Source of the DNA: an uncultured Chloroflexia bacterium
Lineage (GTDB): Bacteria; Chloroflexota; Limnocylindria; Limnocylindrales; CSP1-4
NCBI GenBank assembly: GCA_963833225.1
Contig: CAWHXD010000008.1
Location: forward strand, 672,001-736,000
Direction: 5' to 3'
Length of the DNA stretch: 64,000 nt
In this document: positions 49,949-62,454 of the stretch, piece after piece
Layout of the letters: the number at the start of each line of letters is the position of its first letter
How positions within the stretch are numbered: position 1 is the stretch's first letter
Made by a program: the position numbers and the translations under genes
The notes under the pieces: generated by a model
What the model saw: only the letters and a program-made list of their open reading frames with translations
Database searches by the model: none
What the model was told of the DNA's origin: nothing

Positions 49949-50314
49949 CTAGAAGTCCAGGCCGGCTTCGCGGGCCGCCTCGGCGAGCGAGCGAACCCGC
50001 CCGTGGTACTTGAAGCCCGCCCGGTCGAAGACCACCTGCTCGATGCCGGCCGCCTTTGCGCGCTCGGCGACGAGCATGCCGACGGCCTTGGCGCCGTCGA
50101 GCTTCGTGCCCGGTGCGCCCTTGAGCGAGGCCTCGAGCGATGAGGCGGCCGCGAGCGTGCGGCCGCTGGTGTCGTCGATGACCTGGGCGTAGATGTGGGT
50201 CAGGCTGCGGAAGATGGCCAGGCGCGGCCTGGCCGCGGTGCCCGCGAGCTTGAGGCGGAGCCGCTCGTGGCGCTTGACGCGCGAGGCCGTGCGGCTGTCA
50301 GCGATCTTCTTCAT
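49949..50314 (-). CDS. rplR: 50S ribosomal protein L18
   Basis: [21 protein letters not shown]. Confidence 0.97.
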   Translation of the reverse strand: MKKIADSRTASRVKRHERLRLKLAGTAARPRLAIFRSLTHIYAQVIDDTSGRTLAAASSLEASLKGAPGTKLDGAKAVGMLVAERAKAAGIEQVVFDRAGFKYHGRVRSLAEAAREAGLDF

Positions 50315-50317
50315 GGG

Positions 50318-50869
50318 CTACTTCTTCCCGCCGATCTTGCCGGCCTTGCCCGCCTTGCGGCGGACCTTCTCGCCGGCGTACCGGACGCCCTTGCCCTTGT
50401 ACGGCTCGGGCTTGCGCGTCGACCGGACCTTGGCGGCAATCTGGCCGACGAGCTCCTTGTCGATGCCGACGACCGCCAGCTTGAGCGGCGTCTCCAGCTC
50501 GAAGCTGATCCCCGCCGGCGGGTCGATCTCGATCGGGTGGCTGTAGCCCAGCGCGAGCTGGAGCTTCTCGCCGATCTTCTGTGCCCGATAGCCGACGCCG
50601 ACGATCTCGAGGCCCTTGCGGTACCCGGTGGTCACGCCGACGACCATGTTGTTGACGAGGGTGCGCGTCAGCCCGTGGAGGCTCTTGTCGAGCTTGGTCT
50701 CCGTCGGCCGCACGACCGTGAGGGTCTCGCCCTCGCGCTCGATCTGCATGCGCGGCGGCAGCTGGCGGGTCAGGGTCCCCTTGGGGCCCGTGACCGTGAT
50801 GACGCGCCCGTCAAGCGTGACGTCCACGCCCGCCGGGACGGTGATGGGGAGGCGACCAATTCGTGACAT
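50318..50869 (-). CDS. rplF: 50S ribosomal protein L6
   Basis: MSRIG, LGYSHP, PEPYKGKGVRY. Confidence 0.98.
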   Translation of the reverse strand: MSRIGRLPITVPAGVDVTLDGRVITVTGPKGTLTRQLPPRMQIEREGETLTVVRPTETKLDKSLHGLTRTLVNNMVVGVTTGYRKGLEIVGVGYRAQKIGEKLQLALGYSHPIEIDPPAGISFELETPLKLAVVGIDKELVGQIAAKVRSTRKPEPYKGKGVRYAGEKVRRKAGKAGKIGGKK

Positions 50870-50876
50870 CGCTCAG

Positions 50877-51275
50877 CTACCAGACGTAGGCGAGGATCTC
50901 GCCACCCAGCTCGGCCTTCTTGGCCTCGCTGCCGGTCATGATCCCCCTGGAGGTGCTGACGATGACGACGCCGAGGCCGCCGAGCACCCGCGGGATGTCG
51001 GTCTTGCGCGCATACACGCGAAGGCCGGGCTTGCTGATCCGCTTGAGACCGGAGACGACCGGCACCTTGCCGTCGACGTACTTGAGCTGCAGCCGCAGGA
51101 GGGCGGTCGGCCCCTCGCGCTCCTCGTGGACGTCGGCGATGAAGCCTTCCGCCACCAGGATCCGCGCGATCTCGCGCTTGGTTCGCGAGGCAGGAACGAT
51201 GACGTCCGTGTGGCGCGCCCGGGATGCGTTGCGGACACGCGTGAGCATGTCCGCGATGGGATCGGAAACGTTCAT
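50877..51275 (-). CDS. rpsH: 30S ribosomal protein S8
   Basis: DPIADMLTRVRN, ISKPGLRVY, STSRG. Confidence 0.98.
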   Translation of the reverse strand: MNVSDPIADMLTRVRNASRARHTDVIVPASRTKREIARILVAEGFIADVHEEREGPTALLRLQLKYVDGKVPVVSGLKRISKPGLRVYARKTDIPRVLGGLGVVIVSTSRGIMTGSEAKKAELGGEILAYVW

Positions 51276-51279
51276 CTTG

Positions 51280-51465
51280 CTACCAGCTCGACTTCGTGAC
51301 GCCGGGCAGCTCGCCGACGAGCGCCCGCTCGCGGAAGCAGATCCGGCACAGCCCGAACCGGCGCATGTAGGCGCGCGGCCGGCCGCAGACAAAGCAGCGG
51401 TGGTATCCCTGGACGGGGTGCTTCGGCTCCCGCTTCGCCTTGGCGATCATTGACTTCTTTGCCAT
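51280..51465 (-). CDS. rpsN: 30S ribosomal protein S14 (short zinc type)
   Basis: RCFVCGRP...LCRICFRE...GVTKSSW. Confidence 0.97.
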   Translation of the reverse strand: MAKKSMIAKAKREPKHPVQGYHRCFVCGRPRAYMRRFGLCRICFRERALVGELPGVTKSSW

Positions 51466-51484
51466 CTGGACTCCTCCCCGCGCC

Positions 51485-52027
51485 CTAGCCGGCGAAGGGC
51501 ATGCCGAGGAGCTCGAGCAGACGCTTCAATTCCTCGTCGGTCTTCGCCGTCGTCACGATGCTGATCTCCAGCCCGCGGAGACGGTCCACCTTGTCGTAGT
51601 CGATCTCCGGGAAGGCCAGCTGCTCCCTGAATCCCAGGGAGTAGTTGCCCCGGCCGTCGAAGGACTTGCTCGGAACGCCCCGGAAGTCGCGGATGCGCGG
51701 GAGCGCAATCCGCGTGAGGCGCTCGAGGAAGTCCCACATCCGCTCGCCGCGAAGGGTGACCTTCACGCCGATCGGGTTGCCGGTCCGGACGCGGAACTGG
51801 GCGATGGATCGCTTGGCGCGGGTGACGATCGGCTTCTGGCCCGTGATGAGCTGCAGGTCGCCGACCGCGGCATCCACCGCCTTCGCGTTGGAGAGGGCCT
51901 CGCCGAGCCCGATGTTGACGACGATCTTCTCGAGCCCCGGAACCTCCATCGGGTTCGTGTACTCGAAATGCTTGGTCAGCGCCGGGACCACCTCCGTGGC
52001 GTAGCGCTCCTTCAGCTGGCCGCTCAC
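51485..52027 (-). CDS. rplE: 50S ribosomal protein L5
   Basis: [22 protein letters not shown]. Confidence 0.98.
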   Translation of the reverse strand: MSGQLKERYATEVVPALTKHFEYTNPMEVPGLEKIVVNIGLGEALSNAKAVDAAVGDLQLITGQKPIVTRAKRSIAQFRVRTGNPIGVKVTLRGERMWDFLERLTRIALPRIRDFRGVPSKSFDGRGNYSLGFREQLAFPEIDYDKVDRLRGLEISIVTTAKTDEELKRLLELLGMPFAG

Positions 52028-52467
52028 GACTTGACCTCCAGGGGCTCGCCGCAGTGGAGGCAGACGCGCACCCGGGTGCCGTTGTCGAGCGTCCGGTGGC
52101 CGACCCGCGTGGGGCGGTCACAGTGGCCGCAGACGACCATCACCCGGGCAACGGGCATCGGCATGGCGAGGTCGATGACGCCGCCCGGATCGACCGTCGG
52201 CATGGACCCCGGCCCGCCCTGCGAGCGCTGGCGCGGCTTGGTGTGCTTGCGAGCGATGTTGAGACCCTCGACGACCACGAACGCGCCGCCCTTGGCTGAC
52301 ACCCGGCGGTAGCCGGACCGGAGCGCCGACGGAGAGGCGTCGCGGCGGATCAGCCGCTCCACCTTGCCGCGCTTGCCGGCGTCCTTGCCGCTGAGCACGA
52401 TCACGGTGTCGCCCTTGCGGATCTCGGGCACCTTCGTCTGGTGCTCGATCGACCGTACGGTCATCAC
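52024..52467 (-). CDS. rplX: 50S ribosomal protein L24
   Basis: [32 protein letters not shown]. Confidence 0.95.
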   Translation of the reverse strand: MMTVRSIEHQTKVPEIRKGDTVIVLSGKDAGKRGKVERLIRRDASPSALRSGYRRVSAKGGAFVVVEGLNIARKHTKPRQRSQGGPGSMPTVDPGGVIDLAMPMPVARVMVVCGHCDRPTRVGHRTLDNGTRVRVCLHCGEPLEVKS

Positions 52468-52832
52468 AGCACCTCCGGTGCGAGGGACACGATCTTCATG
52501 TAGTTGCGGTCCCGCAGCTCACGCGCGACGGGCCCGAAGATCCGGGTTCCGCGCGGGTTGCCCTGGTTGTTGATGAGCACGGCCGCGTTCTCGTCGAAGC
52601 GGATGTAGCTGCCATCCGGACGGCCGATCTCCTTGCTGGTGCGGACGATGACCGCCCGCACGACGTCGCCCTTCTTCACCGGGGCATTCGGGATCGCGGT
52701 CTTGACGCTCGCGACGATCACGTCGCCGATGCCGGCGACGGTCTTGCGCGAGCGACCCATGATCCGGATGCACTCGATGGTCCGGGCGCCGGTGTTGTCG
52801 GCGACGCGGAGGCGCGTCGATGCCTGGATCAC
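52464..52832 (-). CDS. rplN: 50S ribosomal protein L14
   Basis: [27 protein letters not shown]. Confidence 0.98.
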   Translation of the reverse strand: MIQASTRLRVADNTGARTIECIRIMGRSRKTVAGIGDVIVASVKTAIPNAPVKKGDVVRAVIVRTSKEIGRPDGSYIRFDENAAVLINNQGNPRGTRIFGPVARELRDRNYMKIVSLAPEVL

Positions 52833-53260
52833 GAAGGACCTCCTTCGTCGGCCGGCGCGTCAGCGTCCACCGCCGGATCGGTCCCGCGCTCGTCGTCCCG
52901 CTCCTTGCGGGAGTGGCTCGCGCCGTGGATCGCCTCGGTGGTCGCGGCCTCCTCGGCCGGGATCACCTCGCCGGCTCGCTCCTCGCCCGTACGGGAGAGG
53001 ACCGACACCAGGCGCCAGCGCTTGGTCGCCGACAACGGGCGCGACTCCTCGATCAGGACGGTGTCGCCGATCTTGGCCGTGTTGGCCTCATCGTGGGCGG
53101 CGAACTTGGTGGAGGCTTTCATGACTCGCTTGTAGAGCCGGTGGCGGGTCAGCCGTTCGACGGACACGACGATCGTCTTGTCCATCTTGTCGCTGACGAC
53201 GCGGCCGACCTTGGTCTTCCGCTGTCCCTTCACGGGGCTTGTTGCTCCTGAGGTGGGCAT
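52829..53260 (-). CDS. rpsQ: 30S ribosomal protein S17 with acidic C-terminal extension
   Basis: [27 protein letters not shown]. Confidence 0.96.
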   Translation of the reverse strand: MPTSGATSPVKGQRKTKVGRVVSDKMDKTIVVSVERLTRHRLYKRVMKASTKFAAHDEANTAKIGDTVLIEESRPLSATKRWRLVSVLSRTGEERAGEVIPAEEAATTEAIHGASHSRKERDDERGTDPAVDADAPADEGGPS

Positions 53261-53270
53261 CCCGACGCTC

Positions 53271-53477
53271 CTACTCCACCGAGCGCGGCGCGGTGGCGCG
53301 CTCACGCTGGACGGTGAGGATCCGGGCGATCTTCCGTCGCGTCGCCGGGATCTGGCTGTAGTCCTTCAACTGGCGGGTGGAGAGGGCGAATCGAGCCTGC
53401 CACAGGTCCTGCTTCGCCTCCTTCAGCCGGTCGTCCAGCTCGCGGTCCGAGAGCTGCCGGACCTCACCGATCTCCAT
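53271..53477 (-). CDS. rpmC: 50S ribosomal protein L29
   Basis: LSDREL...[10 protein letters not shown]; position in the operon. Confidence 0.94.
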   Translation of the reverse strand: MEIGEVRQLSDRELDDRLKEAKQDLWQARFALSTRQLKDYSQIPATRRKIARILTVQRERATAPRSVE

Positions 53478-53901
53478 CGGTGACCTCCTTCGCGGTCTCA
53501 CGGACGACGACGTGGGTCGCCACCGGGAGCTTGTGGGACGCCAGGCGCATGGCCTCGACGGCCGCCGCGCGGTCGACGCCCGCCATCTCGAACAGGATCC
53601 GGCCGGGGCGCACGACGGCGACCCAGTGGTCCGGGGCGCCCTTGCCGGAACCCATCCGGGTCTCGGCGGGCTTCTTGGTCGCGGGCTTGTCCGGGAACAC
53701 CCGGATCCAGATCTTCCCGCCTCGCTTGACCGAGCGGGTCATCGCGCGCCGGGCTGACTCGATCTGGCGGGCGGTGATCCACGCCGGCTCGAGCGTGGCC
53801 AGGCCGTACTCGCCGAAGGCGACCGTGTGGCCGCCCTTGGCGGTGCCGGACATCCGGCCGCGCATGACCTTGCGGTGCTTGACGCGTCGGGGCATCAGCA
53901 T
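53464..53901 (-). CDS. rplP: 50S ribosomal protein L16
   Basis: [24 protein letters not shown]. Confidence 0.98.
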   Translation of the reverse strand: MLMPRRVKHRKVMRGRMSGTAKGGHTVAFGEYGLATLEPAWITARQIESARRAMTRSVKRGGKIWIRVFPDKPATKKPAETRMGSGKGAPDHWVAVVRPGRILFEMAGVDRAAAVEAMRLASHKLPVATHVVVRETAKEVTDGDR

Positions 53902-53905
53902 GGCG

Positions 53906-54601
53906 TCAGCCCCCCTGCGCGGCGCCGGCCGCGGCACTGGACACGGCGGCCGCAGCGGCCTCGCGGCGCTTGCGCTCCACCGGGATCTCGCCCTTGTAGA
54001 TCCAGACCTTGACGCCGATCCGGCCATAGGTCGTGTGCGCGTGCACCTGGCCGTAGCTGATGTCCGCGCGCAGGGTGCCGAGCGGGATCCGACCTTCGCG
54101 GTCCCACTCGCGCCGTCCCATCTCGGAGCCGCCGAGGCGGCCGGCAAGCGCGATCTTGACGCCCTTGGCGCCCGCCTTCATCGATCGCTGGATCGACTGC
54201 TTCATCGCCTTCTTGTAGGCGACGCGGCGGGTGAGCTGCTGGGCGATGTTGAGCGCCACGAGATAGGCGTCCAGCTCCGGCTGGCGGATCTCCCTGATCT
54301 CCAGCTTGACCTTCCGCTTGGTCAGGTCGCCGATCTCCTTGCGGAGCACCTCGACGTTCTGGCCACCGCGGCCGATCACGATGCCCGGCTTGGCGGTGTG
54401 GATGGCGACGGTGACATGGTTGATGCCCCGCTCGATCTCCACGCCGCTCACGCTGGCGTTCGCGAGGCGCCGGTCCAGCAGCTGCCGGATCGAGATGTCC
54501 TCACGAAGGAGGGTGGTGTACTCCTTGTCGGCGTACCACTTGGCAGTCCACGTTCGGGTATAGCCCAGGCGGTAGCCGTACGGATGGACCTTGTGTCCCA
54601 T
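53906..54601 (-). CDS. rpsC: 30S ribosomal protein S3
   Basis: MGHKVHP, PGIVIG, GRLGG, TLRADI. Confidence 0.98.
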   Translation of the reverse strand: MGHKVHPYGYRLGYTRTWTAKWYADKEYTTLLREDISIRQLLDRRLANASVSGVEIERGINHVTVAIHTAKPGIVIGRGGQNVEVLRKEIGDLTKRKVKLEIREIRQPELDAYLVALNIAQQLTRRVAYKKAMKQSIQRSMKAGAKGVKIALAGRLGGSEMGRREWDREGRIPLGTLRADISYGQVHAHTTYGRIGVKVWIYKGEIPVERKRREAAAAAVSSAAAGAAQGG

Positions 54602-54603
54602 GC

Positions 54604-54942
54604 CTAGGCCTCCCGGTCGGCCACGACGATCGTGATGTGCGTCATGGGCTTGTGGATCGGGAATGCCCGACCCTGGGCCCGTGGACGCCACCGCTTGATC
54701 GTGGGGCCCTCGTTGGCGATCGCATCCGCGATGAACAGCTCATCCGGGGATCGATTCAGGTTGTTCTCGGCGTTGGCCGTCGCACTCTTGAGCACGCGCG
54801 CGACGTCGCGTGCGGCTGCCTGCGGCATGAACCGCAGGATGGCGGTGGCCTCCTCCACGGGCTTGCCCTTGATCGCCTCGGTGATGAGGCGGGCCTTCCG
54901 CGTGGAACCGCGCAGGTACTTGGCAGTAGCAGAAACGCGCAC
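54604..54942 (-). CDS. rplV: 50S ribosomal protein L22
   Basis: RKARL, SATANA, PRAQGRA. Confidence 0.97.
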   Translation of the reverse strand: MRVSATAKYLRGSTRKARLITEAIKGKPVEEATAILRFMPQAAARDVARVLKSATANAENNLNRSPDELFIADAIANEGPTIKRWRPRAQGRAFPIHKPMTHITIVVADREA

Positions 54943-54951
54943 GCCCGCCCC

Positions 54952-55236
54952 CTACCGAAGCCCGCCGGACCGGTCGGCGTTCTTGCCGTGCCCGCGGTAC
55001 GTGCGGGTGGGCGCGAACTCGCCGAGCCGGTGCCCGACCATATTTTCCGTGACGTACACCGGCACGTGCTTCCTGCCGTTGTAGACGGCAATCGTGTGGC
55101 CGATGAAGTCCGGGAAGATCACGGACGCGCGCGACCAGGTCTTCAGCACCCGGCGCTCGCTCTTCTTGTTCATCTCCTGCACCCGGGCGAGAAGCCGGTG
55201 CTGGACGAACGGTCCCTTCTTGACCGATCGCGACAT
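54952..55236 (-). CDS. rpsS: 30S ribosomal protein S19
   Basis: [24 protein letters not shown]. Confidence 0.98.
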   Translation of the reverse strand: MSRSVKKGPFVQHRLLARVQEMNKKSERRVLKTWSRASVIFPDFIGHTIAVYNGRKHVPVYVTENMVGHRLGEFAPTRTYRGHGKNADRSGGLR

Positions 55237-55252
55237 GCTCTAGCTCCTCTCC

Positions 55253-56083
<831 letters not shown>

Positions 56084-56085
56084 CC

Positions 56086-56400
56086 CTACACCCCCTCGAA
56101 GAATTCGATCTTCTGGCCGGGGGCCAGGGTGACGATGGCCTTGCGCCAGGACGACGTGTAGCCGGTGATCCGGCCGCGCTTCGTCCCGCGGGTCTTCTCC
56201 TTCGACTTGGTGGTCAGCACGTTGACGGAGACGACAGTCACCTTCTCCTTGCTGTACAGCTCCTCGACGGCGGCCTTGATCTGGACCTTGTTGGCCTTGT
56301 CGTGAACGGCGAACGTGTACTTGCCGCGCCCGGACTCGTCGATCGACTTCTCCGAGATCACGGGGCGCAGGATGACGTCCGCGGCGGTCAGGGCGCTCAC
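56086..56400 (-). CDS. rplW: 50S ribosomal protein L23
   Basis: PVISEKS, ANKVQIK, KAIVTL. Confidence 0.96.
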   Translation of the reverse strand: MSALTAADVILRPVISEKSIDESGRGKYTFAVHDKANKVQIKAAVEELYSKEKVTVVSVNVLTTKSKEKTRGTKRGRITGYTSSWRKAIVTLAPGQKIEFFEGV

Positions 56401-57035
56401 GCGTACACCTCCTCCATCCGGGCCAGTGCCGGCTGCTCGATCAGCACCGCGTCCGCGTTGAGCAGGTCCACCACGTTGAGCGAGTCGGCGAGGATGACCG
56501 TGACCGACGGCAGGTTGGCTGCCGAGCGGACGAGCGGCTCGTCCTTGGCCGGGGCCACGACCAGGACACGCCGGTCGTGGCCGTCGCCGGCGCCGAGGGC
56601 CGCGAGCACGCCGGCGAACACCTTGGTCCGCGGCTCGTCGGCCATGCCGAAGGCGTCGATGACGCGGATCGCGTCATCACCGAACTTGGCCGTCAGCGCA
56701 GAGCGCAGCGCGAGGCGGCGCATCTTCTTGGGCAGCTTCTGCTCGTAGGAGCGCGGGTGCGGGCCGAACACGACGCCGCCGCCGCGGAAATGGGGAGCGA
56801 CGCGACTGCCCTGGCGGGCGCGGCCGGTCCCCTTCTGGCGGTACGGCTTGCGGCCGCCGCCGCGGACCTCGCCCCGCGTCTTGGTGGAGCTGGTCCCGAG
56901 CCGGCGTCCGGCCAGCTGGGCGACGACGGCCTGGTGGAGCACGGCCTCGTTGACGGGTGCCGCGAACAGCGTTTCGGCGAGGTCGACGTTGCCGACGGCG
57001 GCGCCGGTTCGATCGTAGAGCGTGGTCTGCGGCAT
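56397..57035 (-). CDS. rplD: 50S ribosomal protein L4
   Basis: [26 protein letters not shown]. Confidence 0.98.
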   Translation of the reverse strand: MPQTTLYDRTGAAVGNVDLAETLFAAPVNEAVLHQAVVAQLAGRRLGTSSTKTRGEVRGGGRKPYRQKGTGRARQGSRVAPHFRGGGVVFGPHPRSYEQKLPKKMRRLALRSALTAKFGDDAIRVIDAFGMADEPRTKVFAGVLAALGAGDGHDRRVLVVAPAKDEPLVRSAANLPSVTVILADSLNVVDLLNADAVLIEQPALARMEEVYA

Positions 57036-57037
57036 GG

Positions 57038-57661
57038 TCAGGCCTTCCGGACGAAGGTGAGCGCACCGGGGGCGCCGGGGACCGATCCCTTGACCAGGAT
57101 CAGGTTCCGATCGGCGTCCACGCGGACCACGCGCAGCTTCTTCATGGTGACCCGCTCGTGTCCCATGTGGCCGCCCATCTTGAGGCCCTTGTAGACGCGA
57201 CCGGGGGTGGTGCCGGGGCCGATAGAGCCCGGCCGGCGGTAGTTGTCGGAACCGTGGGTCTTGGGACCGCGCGAGAAGTTGTGGCGCTTCACGGTGCCCG
57301 CGAAGCCCTGGCCCTTCGAAACGCCGGTCACGTCGACCAGCTCTCCCTCGGCGAAGATCTCGCCGACGTTGAGCTGCTGGCCCACGCTGTAGCCGTCGAC
57401 GTCGTCCAGCCGGAACTCGCGGATGTTGCGCACCCGCGGCAGGTCCTTGAGCTGGCCGGCGAGCGGACGGGTGAGCTTCTTGCGCTCGCCCGCACCAACC
57501 TGGACGGCCGTGTAGCCGTCGCGCTCGGCGGTCCGGACACGGGTCACGGTGTTGGGCGTGACCTGGACGACCGAGACGGCGACCATCGTCCCGTCCGGCT
57601 GGAAGAGCTGGGTCATGCCGACCTTGCGGCCGATGAGGCCAATCGTGTGCTGGCTCATCAC
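57038..57661 (-). CDS. rplC: 50S ribosomal protein L3
   Basis: [29 protein letters not shown]. Confidence 0.98.
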   Translation of the reverse strand: MMSQHTIGLIGRKVGMTQLFQPDGTMVAVSVVQVTPNTVTRVRTAERDGYTAVQVGAGERKKLTRPLAGQLKDLPRVRNIREFRLDDVDGYSVGQQLNVGEIFAEGELVDVTGVSKGQGFAGTVKRHNFSRGPKTHGSDNYRRPGSIGPGTTPGRVYKGLKMGGHMGHERVTMKKLRVVRVDADRNLILVKGSVPGAPGALTFVRKA

Positions 57662-57966
57662 ATCTTGATCTCGATGTCGACGCCCGCGGCAAGCGAGAGT
57701 CGCATCAGGGCGTCCACCGTCTTCGAGCTCGGATCCAGGATGTCGATGAGCCGCTTGTGAGTGCGGATCTCGAACTGCTCCCTGGAGTCCTTGTCGATGA
57801 ACGGCGAGCGCAGGACAGTGAACTTCTCGATCCGGGTCGGCAGCGGGACCGGTCCGACCACGTCGGCGCCGGTGCGCTGCGCGGTCTCGACGATCTGGGC
57901 TGCCGACTGGTCGAGCAGCCGGTGGTCGTATGCCTTGAGGCGGATCCGGATCCGCTGCTTCGCCAT
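57658..57966 (-). CDS. rpsJ: 30S ribosomal protein S10
   Basis: [28 protein letters not shown]. Confidence 0.98.
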   Translation of the reverse strand: MAKQRIRIRLKAYDHRLLDQSAAQIVETAQRTGADVVGPVPLPTRIEKFTVLRSPFIDKDSREQFEIRTHKRLIDILDPSSKTVDALMRLSLAAGVDIEIKM

Positions 57967-57970
57967 CTCG

Positions 57971-59167
<1,197 letters not shown>

Positions 59168-59214
59168 CCGGCTGGACTCCCGTACTGCTCGCTCGCGCTG
59201 GGGCGAGCCGACCC

Positions 59215-61290
59215 TTAGACCTTCGACTTGGCGACGAGCTCCGCCGCGAGGCTCGCGGGAACCTCGGCGTAGTGGCTGAGCTCCATGGAATAGCTGGCTC
59301 GACCCTGGGTCATGGACCGCAGGTCCGTGGCGTAGCCGAACATCTCGGCGAGCGGGACCGCGGAGCGGACGACCTGGGTCGTGCCGCGGGGATCCATGCC
59401 CTCGATCAGTCCGCGCCGCTTGTTGAGGTCACCGATGACGTCGCCCATGAACTCCTCGGGCATCGTCACCTCGACCTTCATCATCGGCTCGAGGATGGTC
59501 GGGCTCGCCTTCGAGACCGCGTCCTTGATCGCCAGCGACCCGGCGATCTTGAACGCCATCTCGGACGAGTCCACGTCGTGGTACGAGCCGTCGACGAGCG
59601 TGACCTTGACATCGACCATCGGGACGCTCGCGTAGATGCCCGAATCGAGCGTCTCGCGAATGCCCTGGTCGACTGGCTTGATGTACTCGCGGGGGATCGT
59701 GCCACCCACGATCTTGTCCACGAACTCGTAGCCGCCGCCCTTGGGCAACGGCTCGACGTTGATGACCGCGTGGCCGTACTGGCCCTTGCCGCCGGTCTGG
59801 CGGACGAACCGGCCGTTGCCGACGGCGGCCCTTCGGATCGTCTCGCGATAGGCGACCTGCGGTTTGCCGACGTTGGCGGCGACCTTGAACTCGCGGACCA
59901 TCCGGTCCACGAGCACATCGAGATGCAGCTCGCCCATGCCCGCGATCAGCGTCTGGCCCGACTCCTCGTCCGTCTTGACGCGGAACGTCGGATCCTCCTC
60001 AGCGAGGCGCTGGAGCGCGATCCCGAGCTTGTCCTGGTCGGCCTTGGTCTTGGGCTCGATCGCCACCTCGATGACCGGCTCCGGGAAGGTCATCGACTCG
60101 AGGATGAGGGGGTGGGCAGGATCGGTCAGCGTGTCGCCGGTGAAGGTCTCCTTGAGGCCCACGGCGGCGGCGATATCGCCCGCGTAGACCTCCTCGATCT
60201 CCTCCCGGTGGTTGGCATGCATCTGGAGGATGCGGCCGATGCGCTCCTTGCGACCCTTGGTGGCATTGAGGACATACGAGCCGGATCGCAGGGTGCCGGC
60301 ATAGACCCGGAAGAACGCGAGCTTGCCCACGAACGGGTCGGCCGCGATCTTGAAGGCCAGGGCGCTGAAGCTGGCGCTGTCGTCAGGGCTGACCAGCACC
60401 TCGACGTCGCTGTTGGGCTTGATCCCGTGGATGGCCGGCACATCGAGCGGTGAGGGCAGGTAGTCCACCACGGCGTCGAGCATCGGCTGGACGCCCTTGT
60501 TCTTGAGCGCGGAGCCAGTGAGGATGGGTACCCACACGTACTTGAGGGTGGCGAGCCGGATCCCGCGCTTGATCTCGGCCTCGGTCAGCTCCTCGCCCTC
60601 GAGGTACTTGTGGGCGAGCTCGTCGTCGACGAGCGAGACCGCCTCGAGCAGGTTGTCGCGCCACTTGGCGGCCTCCTCGAGAAGATCCGCCGGGATCTCG
60701 GTGTCGTCGAACGTGCTGCCCAGGTCGTCCCGCCAGATCAGCGCCCGCATGCGGACCAGGTCGATGACGCCCTTGAACGTGTCCTCGATCCCGATCGGCA
60801 GCTGGATCGGCACGGGCTTGACGCCAAGTCGGTCCCGGATCATGTCCACGTCGCGCCAGAAGTTGGCACCCGTGCGGTCAAGCTTGTTGATGAAGCAGAT
60901 CCGCGGCACGCCGTACCGGTCGGCCTGGCGCCAGACGGTCTCGGACTGCGGTTCGACACCGGCGACGCCATCGAACACGACCACGGCCCCATCGAGGACG
61001 CGCAGGCTGCGCTCCACCTCCATGGTGAAGTCCACGTGCCCGGGCGTATCGATAATGTTGATCCGGTGATCGTTCCACGCGCAGGTCGTCGCAGCCGCGG
61101 TGATCGTGATCCCGCGCTCCTGCTCCTGGGGCATCCAGTCCATGGTGGCCGCGCCCTCATGGACCTCACCGATCTTGTAGATCTTCTTGGTGTAGAAGAG
61201 GATCCGCTCGGTGACGGTGGTCTTGCCCGCGTCGATATGCGCAATGATTCCGATGTTCCGCGTTCGTTCGAGCGGAACGGCTCGTGCCAC
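59215..61290 (-). CDS. fusA: Elongation factor G
   Basis: [32 protein letters not shown]. Confidence 0.99.
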   Translation of the reverse strand: MARAVPLERTRNIGIIAHIDAGKTTVTERILFYTKKIYKIGEVHEGAATMDWMPQEQERGITITAAATTCAWNDHRINIIDTPGHVDFTMEVERSLRVLDGAVVVFDGVAGVEPQSETVWRQADRYGVPRICFINKLDRTGANFWRDVDMIRDRLGVKPVPIQLPIGIEDTFKGVIDLVRMRALIWRDDLGSTFDDTEIPADLLEEAAKWRDNLLEAVSLVDDELAHKYLEGEELTEAEIKRGIRLATLKYVWVPILTGSALKNKGVQPMLDAVVDYLPSPLDVPAIHGIKPNSDVEVLVSPDDSASFSALAFKIAADPFVGKLAFFRVYAGTLRSGSYVLNATKGRKERIGRILQMHANHREEIEEVYAGDIAAAVGLKETFTGDTLTDPAHPLILESMTFPEPVIEVAIEPKTKADQDKLGIALQRLAEEDPTFRVKTDEESGQTLIAGMGELHLDVLVDRMVREFKVAANVGKPQVAYRETIRRAAVGNGRFVRQTGGKGQYGHAVINVEPLPKGGGYEFVDKIVGGTIPREYIKPVDQGIRETLDSGIYASVPMVDVKVTLVDGSYHDVDSSEMAFKIAGSLAIKDAVSKASPTILEPMMKVEVTMPEEFMGDVIGDLNKRRGLIEGMDPRGTTQVVRSAVPLAEMFGYATDLRSMTQGRASYSMELSHYAEVPASLAAELVAKSKV

Positions 61291-61320
61291 GGTTGGTCTA
61301 GCTCCTTCTCGCGGGGACGA

Positions 61321-61785
61321 CTACCACTTGAAGTGGCTGAAGGCGCGGTTCGCCTCGGCCATCTTGTGGGTGTCCTCACGCCGCTTCACCGCCGCGCCGA
61401 GGCCATTCATGGCGTCGACGAATTCTGCGGCGAGCTTCTCGCTCATGCTCTTGCCGCTGCGCTTGCGGGCGGACTGGACAAGCCAGCGCACGCCGAGCGA
61501 CATCCGGCGGTCGCCCCGGATCTCCACCGGGACCTGGTAGGTTGCGCCACCGACGCGGCGGGGCTTGACCTCGATGATCGGGGTTGCGTTGCGGAGGGCT
61601 GCCTCGAGCACCTCGAGACCCGGGCGCTTGGCCTGGAACTCGGCGCGTGCGAGCGCCTGGCGCAGGATGCGGTCCGACAGGGTCTGCTTGCCGTCGCGCA
61701 TCAACTTCGCACGGAAATGGTCCGTGACGCGCTTCGGCTCGCCCTGGTACTTGGCCTTGCGGGGGATCGACTGACGACGCGGCAT
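61321..61785 (-). CDS. rpsG: 30S ribosomal protein S7
   Basis: RRVGGATYQVP, HKMAEANRAFSH. Confidence 0.97.
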   Translation of the reverse strand: MPRRQSIPRKAKYQGEPKRVTDHFRAKLMRDGKQTLSDRILRQALARAEFQAKRPGLEVLEAALRNATPIIEVKPRRVGGATYQVPVEIRGDRRMSLGVRWLVQSARKRSGKSMSEKLAAEFVDAMNGLGAAVKRREDTHKMAEANRAFSHFKW

Positions 61786-61786
61786 C

Positions 61787-62215
61787 CTACTTCTTCCCGA
61801 TCGCCGGAGTGGCCTTGGCGCCGTACTTGCTGCGGCTCTGCTTGCGGTCCTTCACGCCGGCGGCGTCGAGGGTGCCCCGGATGATGTGGTACTTGACCGA
61901 GGGCAGGTCCTTCACCCGGCCGCCGCGGACCAGGACCACGGAGTGCTCCTGGAGGTTGTGGCCGATGCCGGGGATGTAGGCCGTGACCTCCATCTGGTTG
62001 GTGAGCCGCACGCGCGCGATCTTCCGAAGAGCCGAGTTCGGCTTCTTCGGCGTCATCGTCCGGACCTGCAGGCAGACGCCCCGCTTCTGGGGCGCGCCGG
62101 GAATGGGCACCTGGCGCTGTCGCAGGCTGTTCCAGTTCTTGCGCAGCGCCGGAGCCTTGACCTTGGAGATCTTCGGCTTCCGCCCGTGGCGCACGAGCTG
62201 GCTGATGGTCGGCAC
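61787..62215 (-). CDS. rpsL: 30S ribosomal protein S12
   Basis: [26 protein letters not shown]. Confidence 0.98.
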   Translation of the reverse strand: MPTISQLVRHGRKPKISKVKAPALRKNWNSLRQRQVPIPGAPQKRGVCLQVRTMTPKKPNSALRKIARVRLTNQMEVTAYIPGIGHNLQEHSVVLVRGGRVKDLPSVKYHIIRGTLDAAGVKDRKQSRSKYGAKATPAIGKK

Positions 62216-62373
62216 GGAGACGCGGCTCCTTTCACTCGTTGTGTCTAGTCAGTAGTGGTCGATCCGGCGGTCTACCCGCGCCGGGGGTCCGGCTGAGGAC
62301 CGCTCGGAGCTCGTTCGGGGCCGGATCCCGACGCACACGGCGATCGGGGCCCCCTGCGAGGCCACGGCCGCGA

Positions 62374-62402
62374 AGTGTAACAACTGGCCCAATTTAGTGC
62401 AA
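62374..62402 (-). promoter_or_regulatory. Sigma70-type promoter of the str operon
   Basis: TTGCAC (62402-62397), 17-nt spacer, TACACT (62379-62374) with TG extension. Confidence 0.75.
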
Positions 62403-62427
62403 ACGCCCCGGGCGAGCGCCCGGGGCG
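62401..62427 (-). terminator. Putative intrinsic terminator after rpoC
   Basis: GC stem 62404-62414/62417-62427 followed by a short TTT on the minus strand. Confidence 0.55.
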
Positions 62428-62454
62428 CCTGGGCAGGGTGGGTGGTGGTCGGTG

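Noticed and set aside
47279-50143. 954-aa plus-strand ORF
   Set aside because: Antisense to secY and ribosomal protein genes
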